Below are positions 43,474-57,305 of a DNA stretch of 64,000 nt, in pieces (within the stretch, counting starts at the first letter, position 1; the number at the start of each line of letters is the position of its first letter). The notes below the pieces were generated by a model. The model was not told where the DNA came from, did not search any database, and saw only the letters and a list, made by a program, of their open reading frames with translations. Source of the DNA: Eledone cirrhosa. Lineage: Eukaryota. The stretch covers positions 130,138,001 to 130,202,000 of the forward strand of contig OZ024745.1 of assembly GCA_964016885.1 (NCBI GenBank), read 5' to 3'. A program made the translations under genes and the position numbers.

Positions 43474-44175
43474 AAATTAAATATCGTCAAAGGTCGAACT
43501 CTGAAATATTGTAGGAGATGCCTGATTATCATGCAGTAATTGTTTACTGCTGTGTAAATTCTGCAAATTCATCATCAGCCTAATTATATTAAGTATTTAG
43601 CAATACCTTTAACTTCAACAACAACCCAAATGCTAATTGAACCCAGTCTGCTCAATTCAATATATTGCAGTAAACACGTTTGACAGTATAACAGAAATAT
43701 TCGCTAACAATGTGTCTTTGATGTGTATTATTTCATAGGTCGGACTGATATATGAGGAATGTACCTAAACGACAATAATTAGCTATCGTTTCAATTGTCA
43801 ACATTTTTAATAACCATTCTATAAAATGAATGTTTGCATAAAAACGTCATTTCACCACTTTTTAATAGAACGAAAATAAAAGCGATAGACTGTGCTCACG
43901 CAGAGTTGTACGTTTAGACATGTATATACACAATGTATTATATCCGTATATGCGTGGGAGGATAAAGGTACGTATATCTTATGGAACATTTTAATTGATG
44001 TTTCTATTTACAAAACATTTCGTCTCAGTGTTTGAAGTTTCGAACGAATGACGTTTAAAAGTTTAAGCTAGTCTAAAACGTACAAGCCTGCGTCAGCACA
44101 GATCAATTGATTCATGTCTATCAATTTTATGTTAGTTCTATTAAAAAGTGGTGAAACGACGTTTTTATGCAAACA

Positions 44176-44297
<122 letters not shown>

Positions 44298-44544
44298 TAT
44301 TTATATGTGTGTGTGTGTGGATGTGTGGGTATGTCAGTGTGTCTAGGGGAGGGGTATTCGTGAATGTATCACATCTGTATATGACTGGAAACATAATTGT
44401 ACTTATATCTTTATATTTGAATGTTTTATTGATGTTTTTATTTACTAAACATACTTTCTTTGTGTTTGAAGTTTTCAACGAATGACATTGTGATATTTCA
44501 AAGTTTTATGCTTTATCAAAACGTATATATATATGTATATATAT

Positions 44545-44612
<68 letters not shown>

Positions 44613-44770
44613 AATAAATATACACGGGTGTGTATGATTGTGTATAGAAGATTATATTAATAAAAGGAATTCCAACTTTGTCTGATTTACTCGTTTTATT
44701 TACAATCCTTTAAAATTATAATGATATTAGAATAAAATAGTGTAGTAGAATATTAAATATTAAGTGTTAA

Positions 44771-44810
44771 TTGAACAAGTACTTTCATGCTTTCGCAATC
44801 TTCAGGTTCA
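44771..44810 (-). ncRNA. Minimal hammerhead (left arm of fold-back)
   Basis: Minus: TGAAC-CTGAAGA-T-TGC GAAA GCA-T-GAA-AGTACT-T-GTTCA. Confidence 0.72.
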
Positions 44811-44882
44811 CATTCTGTGGTGACAGTCAAGTTTGCAATGTTCAACAGTTGAAAATTGCAAACTTGACTGTCACCACACAAT

Positions 44883-44923
44883 TTGAACCTGAAGATTGCG
44901 AAAGCATGAAAGTACTGGTTCAA
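44883..44923 (+). ncRNA. Minimal hammerhead (right arm; cleavage position G, probably inactive)
   Basis: TTGAAC-CTGAAGA-TTGCGAAAGCAT-GAA-AGTACT-G-GTTCAA. Confidence 0.6.
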
Positions 44924-45086
44924 TTAACTCTTAATATTTAATATTCTACCATACTATTTCATTTTAACTATTAAGCTCTGTAACCTACATAGAGCACTCT
45001 TTTTTATTGAACCTTTCCGACGGTATTACTTCATTTATATATATATATAGTGTTATATACATATATATATATATATATATATAGTG

Positions 45087-45140
<54 letters not shown>

Positions 45141-45298
45141 TGTTATATTGGGAAGGGCCATATTGTTGTAATAATATTGCCAGAAATAATAACAGAACAC
45201 ACTTACTGATTTATTGGTTTTAGCTTCTGTATCTTTTTTGTCTCTATAGTTAATTTATTTGGCAATCAATGTTTATATATATGTGTGTGTGTGTGTGT

Positions 45299-45392
<94 letters not shown>

Positions 45393-45416
45393 CGGGATAT
45401 ATATATATATATATAT

Positions 45417-45459
<43 letters not shown>

Positions 45460-45460
45460 G

Positions 45461-45500
<40 letters not shown>

Positions 45501-45821
45501 AGGGAGAGAGAGGATAAGCAGAGTGATAGAAATGGACTTTCTGTGTCGACACCAAATTTCGGGGCTGCTGGTCCATCTGGGGTAACTGTGTCATACATAA
45601 TAGTTAAACACACACACACTACACGCGCGCACGCTCTCCCTCTCTCTCCCCCCTCTCTCCCCCTCTCTCCCCTCTCTCCCCTCTCTCTCTCTCTCTCTCT
45701 CTCTCCTATTCTATTTCCGTCTCCGGGGTCTATAATATAACATACCAGTTAATTACTGTAGTCTTTATAACCGTCTTTGTTTTCCCGCCATTGCTGTCGT
45801 TGTACCAATATTTATAATATT

Positions 45822-45965
45822 AATTATTTCTACTTTTGGCCCAAAGCCGACAATTATACCAGTGCATTACTGGTACTTTATTTTATCGATCTCGTAAGGA
45901 TGAAAGGCATAGTTAACCTTGGCGGGATTTGAACTAAAACCATAAAGGGCCGTAACTCTTTGCTG
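45822..45965 (-). mobile_element. SINE family A, 5'-truncated
   Basis: Matches the reverse complement of 7572-7766. Confidence 0.8.
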
Positions 45966-46519
45966 CAAATATTAAAAATAATAATAAGACGGTTTCGATA
46001 GTAAATGTGTTGTTCCTAAGAAGGTTGTTTGTGAATTTCTTGTAGAATCATAGTCGCTGGGATATGTATTTATTCGGTTACTTTTAATAACAAAGTCCAC
46101 CGATTACTACTGGTATCTTTTCGGTGGTCATTCTGGCGATCTAAATCTCAAGATATATTAATTTACACAGTGTTTTCCGTGAAATTAACTAAAGTATTAC
46201 GGCCTCTTCTTTTTGGCATATGAATAAGCATAAAGGTTTTAACATGGCATTGTTAAATATGATGTCTGCTATATAATATATATTATAATAATGGTGATGT
46301 AATGATGTGTGTCTGCTATTGTTATTGCTATTGGTGATGAAAACGACGAGAATGCTGCTGCTTTAGCTCGTGGTGACGATGATTATGATGGGTTCAATGA
46401 GCGTTTCTTATATAAAGAGCAATATTTAGAACGAGAATAACCTAACTTGATCATATGGAACATTAGTAATAATAACAATCATATGTTAACATAGTCTCAA
46501 GTCTAAAGTATATTCGAGC

Positions 46520-46760
46520 CCGGAGGCTTATCAGGCCGGTGCGATTGAGAGTAAATGACATCCCGCACGAGAGGACGCCAGTCCATTGCATGTTTAAACC
46601 CCAGCTACTATCACTACTTATTTTCAGCTGCGTATTCTGAAGCAACGTGAAATGAAGTGTTTGCTCAAGAACACATCACACAACCACATAGTCAAGGAAT
46701 CGAACCCGCGACATTATGATCTTAAATCCAAGATACTTTCACTAGGCCGTACGGCTCCAC
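46520..46760 (-). mobile_element. tRNA-derived SINE (family B relative)
   Basis: Minus: GGCCTAGTG..., B-box GGTTCGATTCC, GTGTTCTTGAGCAAACACTTCATTTCACGTTGC. Confidence 0.65.
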
Positions 46761-48040
46761 GTTTAATATGTTAATATAGGCACAATGTTAAATACGTTTG
46801 ATGATGACTTCAAGAATCATTAGATTCTCAATACTGTATTGAATGTATAATAATGTCTATGAACCTCTAATTAGGTTAGGTAGAGTTTGAAAGGTGCCGT
46901 TAGATATGGCCTTGCGAATATCATAATAAGTAAAAGAGTGCAAGTAAGTTTTATTCTATATATTGGAGAAGGAAAATGAATTAATACGTAAAGGCAATAT
47001 TTAATTTTGCCTAGGTTCTGCGTTTTATTTAGGAGGTAGTGAGCTGGTAACACAATATGATCACTGGCTTACTTTATGTTTGCACACGATATTTATGTTC
47101 ATTCTATATGATATATACAACAAAATGTTACATGCACAGCTGGAGGCGAATTAATATGGATTTCGACGTTAGCTAGCTGTGTCACGTTAATTCTGTCACA
47201 TTACCTAGCTGTCTTACGTTAACTAGCTGTGTCGCATTAACTGTGTCATGGAGGTGAAAATAAATTGAACAGTCCCAAAACACGCCAGGATATAAAAGAG
47301 ATGTCTTCCTTATGTCGAGAAATAATTAAAATTACAGAAAAATATTACTTTAAATAAATGAATTAATTAGAATATTCGCTTGCGTTTCTATTTTATTTTG
47401 TTAAATTAGTTTCTATCACACGCCTTCAATATTTGCTAGATGAAATTGCTCTTCCATGCATACTCACATAAGCATACAACCTTAATTATCTGCAGCAGCA
47501 TTTGTATTAGCATTTATTTCAATTGGAATAATCTCTCATGAAATAAGAAATAATTTTTATAATAAATAAAACTTTAACATTTAAAACAACTTCAATATCT
47601 TTAAATTTCTATTTTGTTTATAAGCTAGTTTTAAGTATGTTTTAAAATAATATTCTTGTGTTAGAAGCGAAACAAATTAATTAAATAAAAAACAACATTA
47701 CTTTATCTCATTTGATAGGATGCGTTTCTTTGATTTCAGAAGAAAAGAAATCTCATTAAATAAAAGTGAGTTATAAAATATAATAATAATATAAAAAGAA
47801 AGAACACGTAGGTTTGTTAGTTGTCTGTTTAAAATATAATTTCTTTTGATTTGTGTTTTGTTTTATACTCCAGGTAATTCACTATTTCAAATTTTAGACT
47901 AATTCAATTTCCGAAGGATTCTGTCACTCTCTCTCTCTCTTATTTTCTTTTCATATGCAACACAAGTACCTCCTTTCATTCTCAACTCATGTATCACCAC
48001 TTTGTGTAAAAATATAACCTTTGGGTAAGCTAAAATAACA

Positions 48041-48096
<56 letters not shown>

Positions 48097-50758
48097 TCGA
48101 TGTAAATTTATATTTCAACTTTGCAACAATGAAATGATTTTTAAAATTGCACAGTATTTTATTTTTGGTTTTTGTTTGTTTTTTCTCCTATCGTGTCGGA
48201 TTAATACTCAACAAACTAATATCTTTCAAAAGTGGTTCCATATCTCAACTATGTAACAATTAAACGTAAATTAAAAACAAAAACAACGAGGACCAATTAC
48301 AAAAAAAAAGTAGAAAGTAGCAAACATCAGAGTAATAAATAATAAAATAACACGAGGCTATAAATATAAAACTATGACACAACATTACATATGAATAGCA
48401 ATGAGATAACATTTTATGTGAACTGGCCTATATCCTACATTTGGTAGAATATTTCTGAAAGTAAATAGCTATTGTAGGAGGAGCAAGCATAATTTATGGA
48501 AATTTTCCTGCTGTGTAAAATGAATAGATATCGCTCGCTTGTCAAGTAATCTGATATGTGCTCTTTATTTCATTACATTGCGATAAACACATAGGTTCAG
48601 AATTTCCACTCCAGTTTTCATTGTGTACAGCCGTATGTTACTTCTTTCTATTTATCAGCTAATATGATAACACAAAAAAAAGAGAAAAGAAAATATATAG
48701 AAAATTGAAATTGAATGTAAGCCGAACAAATATTATCCAATCCTGATGATTCACTTGTTTTGACAGGAAAACCCTCCTTGTTAGCATAGGAAAAAAATAG
48801 AAAACAATAAATATAAAGAAGTAATCAAATTGAAAAATACAGAACAGCATAATCAAATGTCCTTTCGTTGACGAAGTAGGTTGGTGAAAGGATTAAGGAA
48901 GCAATGAGGAAAAATCACCTTACAAATGCGCTTAGCCATTGTTTATATGATCTTTTTATATCTGTTTTGCACTCCCACACTCTTTATCACTTTATTTCCA
49001 TTTCTTTTTCCATCTCCTAGGCAGATTCCTTTTCTCTCGAAAGTTATAGCCAGAAGCAAGGAGACACTGAAATTACAGCAATTATGTTTTTGTCTAATTA
49101 TGTTTAAATATGTATTTTATCATCAGTATTGCCCACAGGCAATATATATCTTTTTTAATTGACGTAACTGGACTATATTCAAAATCGATGTACAAATGTA
49201 CAAATATAGTAATGGAATCAATGTAACTAAACCTACATTACTACAAATTGATGACCTCGTGCTTAAATTAGGAACCAAGGGAGAGGTAGATGTGCTGAAT
49301 GATTAGAATACCGTAGAAATGCATTGTGATATTTGTACCAACACTCTAGGTTTTGATTTCAAATCCGGCAGATGTCAAACTTGTGTAGTTTTAGCTACCA
49401 AGCATCTATGAAGAGTCAGAAATGTCACCTCTATATCCATCATCTTCAAACAACTAATCAAGGTTCCAGCTTATATCTCTACAGTTACTATTCCAATATG
49501 GATAATAATAAATTTTCGACGATTCCAGATTATATGAATTTTGTATTTCAGGTCTTGGTGCTTAAGTATTTTCTCGAGTTCAATTTTAAAGTGTATTCAG
49601 GTTTTATAATGTTTTTAGCAAGCAGTTTATATATATAGACTACATGCAACATTGTCTCTTTTGTTTCATCACACATTCTACTTGAAACCGATATGTCTAC
49701 CTCATCTATATTTTTTCTAATATATCTCAACCTTCTTGCTTGATCATGAATAGCTCAGTTTAAGCGCTCTGTCCCACTCTTCAAAACTCATATTTTAACC
49801 GTATAAATCATGTTTAATCTTCTTGCAGCCTTGTAATATTGTTCTCATCTCTTGAATTGTTTTTTTTTAAAAGCGTACAGCACTTGGTAACTTATATTTT
49901 GTAATGTGCGCATTGTGAAATTGAGAGTTTTTTTTAAAAGCGTACAGCCCAAAATTGCATTTTAAATGCAAAAACGCCTCACATTATAAGGGCTTCTGCA
50001 GTATTTAACTGCTAGATTTTCCGCATGGTGGGAAGAATAGCCAGTAGGCAGATTCTATCAAATTTTTGATTATGATTTCATAAATTTGGGTAGGAGTCAG
50101 AAAAATAGCACAGCCACAATAAAATATTTCGTTTATGGTGGCATATACAAATGTATGTATACATAGTTCTATATATGATGGCTGCTCCCTCGTTATCGAA
50201 TATGGCCAGTGCATAATATACCATTATTAATAATTATTAATTAATTCTATCATGCAATGCCTGTGCATCAAAATATTTTTTAAAGTGAGGAAAGACTGTG
50301 CACTGAGCCAATCCCACTCTCTGAGCGACAGAGGCTATAACCCGAAAAGAAGAAAAGATCAACATCATCGATAACTACTGAGCCGCAGGTTTTATATCGG
50401 ATTTATCCCAGTTTCCTGAGTTGCCTTCTCCTAGACGAATGCCCTGACGAATGCCCTGACAAAGGCTAGGGATCCTTCACTCCCGGTTGTTTTACGGCGC
50501 GGTACATGTGATACATACATACATACTAACATACGTACATACATATACACATGCATAGATACACACATACATACACGCACATATATACATGCATATATAG
50601 ATACATACACACATACATACATACATACACACCCAAATACATACATACATACGTACATACATATACACATACATAGATACATACACACATACACACACAT
50701 ATATACATGCATATATAGATACATACACACATACATACATAGGTATACACACAAATAC

Positions 50759-51370
50759 ATGGTGGCTGCCAACTCATTTTCGAGTACGGCCACTACTTTA
50801 TATCCATGTAGGAGAACCCCTACCGATGCGCTGAACGAGTGTGACATTTTAGTCCAGCCAACAACTTGAAAACTCTGGTACAAACACTACACTTGTGACA
50901 AATATTGACACATAGTGCTAGGCCCATGGTACCATGTGGCGACAAGTGCAGAGAGATCTCCAGATATAAAGCAATGCCTGTGCCGTGAAGCTTTTATAGT
51001 GAGCAAAGGCACTGCACAAAGCCAGTCCCACTCTCTTAACCAAGATGATATTTACCAAAAAGAAGAACAAGTCAACATCATTGGATACCATCAGGGTTGC
51101 AGGTGTTATATCAGACTTTTCCTTCTCCTAGAATTCTGCCTTGACAAAGGCTAAGGGGTCATCTCTCCCGGTGATTTTGGATGGCCATTGACTCTTAAGA
51201 GCTCCTTTACCCTTTGACAGGTTTTGTTTTTAGTCCTTCAGGATGTCCAAAGTCACCCTCCTCACCAAGAAACCTTGGTGGGGTTGCCAGTTTAGTCGCC
51301 AACGACCCGACTATGAGACAGGTTGTACTGAGATACATGTTACCAGTAGCACCAACTGGTGACCTGACAC
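50759..51370 (-). mobile_element. Family C full-length copy
   Basis: Near-identical to 31629-32239; flanked by (TACA)n. Confidence 0.88.
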
Positions 51371-54154
51371 ATACATACATACATACATACATACATACAT
51401 ACATACACACATACAAACATACATACATACATACATACATACATACATACATACATACATACATACATACATACATACATACATACATACACAAATACAT
51501 ACATATATATATGTCAACATATTTATCTGTATATATTTTCTATAACGTGTTTATGGTTGTTCTTGCATCGTATATCTGAGTCAATATGTCTGCTCAGATG
51601 TCTCTACGCCATCTTTCTTTCTCTCTCTTTCCCTCCACCTCTTCCCCCTTCTCCCTTCTGCACTTGCCCTCCTCCTCTGCATGTAAAATATTCCCTTTCA
51701 GACGTCGGGATTTATATTGAAATCCTGTTTAATTATCTTGCTTCCTTCTATTCCAGGTTTGGCGTCTATGACGGTGTATTAAAAATATGTTGAATATATG
51801 GATGACATTCTGCAATAATTCATATCAAAACCTCTAATCGGGTGGGAACACGAATAGAAAAATCTGTTGAAAGGATAGCATTTATATATAAACTGAATAA
51901 TATAGAAATATATAATTACAAAAACTAGTACTGCGAACTAGAGAACGGATGAAAAAATAAAAAGTAAAACATTGATGGGAAGGGACTACACATAGAAATA
52001 AAATATTAACTAATGTTGGAAATAGCAGATATGAAAACAAATAACAAGCGTTAAGAATAAAGGAATGGTAATGAAAAAAGAAAAAAAGATTAACATTGTG
52101 GAATTTAATATAATTTATATGTAATAGAGTCCAAGAAATAGCTTTATAAATACAGAATATGAGTAAGTATTTACAACATTGAATAAAAATAAATTTATAC
52201 AGACTTACTTAGGACTTCCAGGGTATATAAATCTTACTCCAACTGATGTTGAATTTCTCAATTTATGTATAAGAAACGCCGCATAAAAATATTTCTAGAA
52301 ATTTTAGAATAATATCTCTTTTTTTTACCCAAATTCTGTCAATTCTAAGCGATAAGACACAGGTAAATAGACATAATTAAAAAGATCATAAACACATCCT
52401 ATTCTGTTTTATCTCCAGATGATGTTACTTCACCGTGTGTCTAGGTAAGTTTCAGCTCCATGACTGTGAGAAAATATCAAGGGACAAGCACAGTAAACTA
52501 CAAATACGATAGGATTCCCCCCTATATAATATAGCAATTTGAAACTATTCGATCAACTAATATTAAACAAATAGTTGATAATAGTTCCCCTCATGGGGTA
52601 CTAAAAATCTAAAAGAAAAGTGAAAGTGAACTGCAATTGTTCTATTTATTTCTATCAATTTAGTTCTATCAACTGTAACTATTTATTTGAAATAATTCTG
52701 CTTAAGCTTGAGAACTTAATCTTTATATATACACCGTATTTATTCATGGCTATAAAGTTCAGTTCATCGGGCATTTTCTTTAAATTGTATATTTTGTGTT
52801 AAATATTGTTTTTGTGTTGGAGCATCTGTTTGATTCCACTCCTACAATATACTTGCTCTTGTTCCTAGTTAGCAAGTATGACACGACGACCAGTTCTGGT
52901 TTTGATTTGAAAAAGTACATTCGATATGATGCTCCTATAGTTCTAATAATTAAATGAATGAAAACATAAAAACGTTTGACACTCTAGAATAAGCTATGAA
53001 ATTACATATACCATGAAAATCCTAAAAATGATATTTGATAGTTCTTGAATGGTATATATTCAGCAAGCACAGGATTGTTCACCCTTCATTAGTATCTTCA
53101 ACAGAAATATATGTTTTCCCTATATCGTGGTAGTCTGTTTACATAGAGAAGTTTTTGAAAACAGATATATATCAGGTACTATCTTTTACACTTTGAATAA
53201 GTGATGAGGGTGTAATATTTCTTAATGTTTAAAACATAAATTCATTTAATTAATGCCACATAAAAATGTCCAACTCTTGTGTAAAGGAGCCAAAAATTAA
53301 ATCCACCATTTACTCAGTGCAGTTGTTGCCTTAATGGAATGATCATAGTGATATGAAATAATTCGAACGCTGTCATATGAAAAGCTTCGAATGTAAAGGA
53401 AATTCATCTTTTCAAAGAACTGTCGAATACAAAATGTTTATTATGATAGTCCTGTTTTGTTTTAAGCGTTTGCGTATCTACGTTTCTTTATGTGTATGTA
53501 TATGTGCATACCTGCATTTGTGCATGTGTGTTTGTGTGTAATTCTGTGTGAAAGTTCATTTTCATTTCGAGCTATATAATTTTAAGGATGTTTGCAGAAG
53601 GATTTTCACGAGCTTAAAAAGATCATTGGATTGAAAATTCTAAAGACCGTTGAAATTTTAACTAATATTGTTTTGGTAATTTCATAGCGTAGGCGTGACA
53701 TGTCAGCACCCAGCCTTGTGACTTTGTTACAATGACATTGATATATGGATTCTAAGGTCAACCTTTCACAAACAATTATTTGTTACTGGTGTTTGTTGCT
53801 GTTCTTTACACAGCCTAGCAAGCTTATTTGTAATTGTAATATCTGCTTGATGTTTTAAAACCTCACATATCGTGAAGTTATGTTTTGAAAAAATATAGAA
53901 ATTAACAACGTGAATGAAAATATACAATAGAAAACCGAGAGAATTGTAATACTCCAGGGATATGTTTGCGTCATAAATTTTAAATTGCGAAAAGCTATTC
54001 AATATTTACCATAATAAATCTGAAATTAGGACAGATGCTTGATTCGTAGGCAGACCAAAAAAATTAGTGCATACACTTCGTCCCTGGGATTTGCAGTTAC
54101 TTTAGTTATGTGTATCAGTTCATTGTGAGGAAATGTGCTCAGCAATATAATGAT

Positions 54155-54538
54155 AATAATTCTTTCTACTTTTGGGACAAGGCCAGCCATTATATCAGTG
54201 CATTACTGGTACTTTATTTTATCGACCTCGTAAGGATGAAAGGCAAAGTTAACCTCGGCGGGATTTGAACACAGATCATAAAGGGCCGTAACTCTATTCT
54301 CCAAAGCATGGCGTCCGACCCTCTACCGATACTGCCAATCCAACTAATAATTGTTTCTACTTTTGGCACAAGGCCAGCAATTAACCAGTGCATTACTGGT
54401 ACTTTATTTTATCGACCCGTAAGGATGAAAGGCAAAGTTAACCTCGGCAAGATTTGAACTCAGATCAGAAAGGGGCGTAACTCTATGCTACAAATCATGT
54501 TGTCCGACCCTCTACCGATACTGCCAAACCACCACCCT
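54155..54538 (-). mobile_element. Two tandem SINE family A copies
   Basis: Units ~54155-54342 and ~54344-54538, each the reverse complement of 7572-7766. Confidence 0.85.
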
Positions 54539-54549
54539 AAAATAGCAGT

Positions 54550-54678
54550 AAATGCTTACGGCACCTAGGGTTCCAAAGCGGTCATCCATCTAAGTACTAA
54601 CTAGGCTCGACGTTGCTTCGGTGAACGGACGAGAACCGGTGTTTTCAGCGTGATAATAATGATAGATTCTTGGTCGTA
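54550..54678 (-). pseudogene. 5S rRNA pseudogene
   Basis: Minus: TACGACCA-[15-nt insert]-TATCACGCTGAAAACACCGGTTCTCGTCCG.TCACCGAAG(del TTAAG)CAACGTCGAGCC..GTTAGTACTT.GATGG.TGACCGC...GTGCCGTAAGCATTT. Confidence 0.9.
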
Positions 54679-54837
54679 TAATAATTATTTGGTCGTAATT
54701 TCTTTTTTAATATTTACATCTGCCCCCAGGGGTGGGTATTTCTCAGTTTCAGAAGATCTCACGTTAGGGTGAAAGCAGAAATTGGGTGCTTGAATTTTAA
54801 TTGGTGCTAATAATATAACTATATATAACCCTATAAC

Positions 54838-54937
<100 letters not shown>

Positions 54938-55499
54938 CATGTATATATATATCGTAGATGCATACATATCTTATTATATATGTATTAATTATTACTGTAA
55001 GTGCATTCTTCCTATACATCTCTCATGATAGCTCAACTAAAACTGTATTATTCTTCGTATGAATAGTTCGTTGTATATATTCCAAATACAGTAGCGTGGG
55101 TAACATTTTAGATCTGTTATTTATATATTTCTCTCGAGTATAAGGTCCCTGTTATGTTTATATTCAGAAGGGAGTGACATTTTTATTTCCTTATCGACAA
55201 TAAAAATGATAGAATCGTATTTGTATTTACTTATATTACCAGCCATGAATATTGATAAGTTCATTCTGTAGTCCATACGTTTGATTGTATGTAGTAGATT
55301 GCATTTACATCTACATATGTCTAGAAATAATATCTAGCCTTACAAGCAACTAAGAATGTCGAAAAAGATTATTTAAACATCTTCGCAATAGGTGTACATA
55401 TGTATAGTTAGGCAATGTCTCTGTGTCTGTACTCTGATCTACGATGACTGAAATTCAATATCTATACGTTCATTTACAAGCACGCATGAATATATGCAG

Positions 55500-55584
<85 letters not shown>

Positions 55585-55606
55585 TGTGTGTGTGTATGTG
55601 GTTATG

Positions 55607-55651
<45 letters not shown>

Positions 55652-55670
55652 TTATATTTATCTATCTATA

Positions 55671-55762
<92 letters not shown>

Positions 55763-55780
55763 CATATATATATATGCATA

Positions 55781-55819
<39 letters not shown>

Positions 55820-56289
55820 ATGTAACTTATATATATATATATATCAATCTATATATATATACCTACATATGTATGTGTTAATGTATATGTATATAAACAT
55901 ATATGTGTGTGTGTATATATATATTTGCGTGTGTGTATCTGCGCGTGTGTGTGTGCGTCTGATTTTATTTTATCATTTCGCCTCTCCAGCAAGTGCAAAT
56001 TTTATATGCTCTCATGAAACACAGGAAACACAGAATAGAAGAGAAAATGATTTATATGGTGCTAACAAGTCGGTAGCTGGTTTTTTCGATCATATTTTAC
56101 ATAACTCTCGTAAATTTATTTCCAGTTCAGAGTGTTTTAGAAGGCTATGTTGTGTGTTTTATTTATACAATGCCAAGAACGATATTTACATGATTTAATG
56201 AATATTTAAAGCTAAAATAATTCGTATCTCCGTTGAGTTTGATATAACTTAATATAGAGATATTTGCCAACAATTGACTCTATAAATAA

Positions 56290-56440
56290 TCTTCTTCTCT
56301 TCTTCTTCTTCTTCTTCTCCAGCGGGTCCTGTCAGAAGCTACCGTCTCCAACTGATACAGATACATCCCCAAACGTGACCAGCCAAGCTCATGGATTTTA
56401 TCCAACTATCTTCCTCTATATCTACCCCTGGCTTTCCTAC
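56290..56440 (-). mobile_element. RTE 3' fragment with (GAA)n tail
   Basis: Minus strand TCAGTTGGAGACGGT.GCTTCTGACAGGACC matches 3316-3347. Confidence 0.7.
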
Positions 56441-56746
56441 ATATTGGTTTCGCCCCTTAAAATTTATGCAGCGATTGTTTCCTGATACATTCTAACCCCT
56501 AGTATCGGAGCTGTGATCGCTCAATTCGGAGAAGTAACGGCTCTACCTGGAGTGACTTTAATATATGTCGTGGATCAGAAATAAGTTTGAATCTTATGTT
56601 GATTACTTTCAAACCCTAATCCAGCCCTTATGTATATGTTAAATAGAAGTAATAATTAACAATAGGTTTTTCAACCCTACAGAATAGTAGATTGAAAATT
56701 CCATAATTCAAAGTAATTATAAATTATTTCCATCCATCATGTGACC

Positions 56747-56885
56747 CAGGGTTTCCCAAACTCTTTTACAACGTGGAAACCTTTTGGGGAAATACAAAGT
56801 CTAATACCGGTATATGATCATAATATAAATATACTCTCTTTTATAGAACCCTTGGTGTCCGTGGAACCCACTTTGGGAACAAGTG
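56747..56885. mobile_element. hAT-type MITE
   Basis: Imperfect TIRs CAGGGTTTCCCAAA / TTTGGGAACAAGTG; 8-bp TSD ATGTGACC / ATGTGAAC. Confidence 0.7.
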
Positions 56886-57174
56886 ATGTGAACAACCAAT
56901 CGCAGTTTTCACCTTTCATCCTACAATTGGACACTTTTTTTTTTTTTTTTTTACAGCATATGGAAGGTATATATTACGTTAACGCTTGATATAGCAGGAA
57001 GAGGGTATTAAACTCAAAATAGTCTCTTACAATTAAATAGCTCAAAGAAAAAGGCTTTTCTGAGCCGTGTAATATAATTGAATATAAAATAGAGATCAAC
57101 ACATATATAAACATATATTCAAATTGTTTTATTATTTAGACTTGGAAATTCCACATTTGATCATGTCCCATATT

Positions 57175-57305
57175 TCTCTATTTTATCAACACAGTAAGTA
57201 TGAAAGGCAAAGCCAACTAAGCTTGGATTTAAAATCAGAACGTAAAGTGTTATAACTCTATGCTGCAAATCATGGTGTCCGACGCTTTACTGATTGTGCC
57301 AACAC
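57175..57305 (-). mobile_element. Diverged SINE family A
   Basis: ATGAAAGGCAAAG...AACTCTATGCTGCAAATCATGGTGTCCGAC matches family A. Confidence 0.65.
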
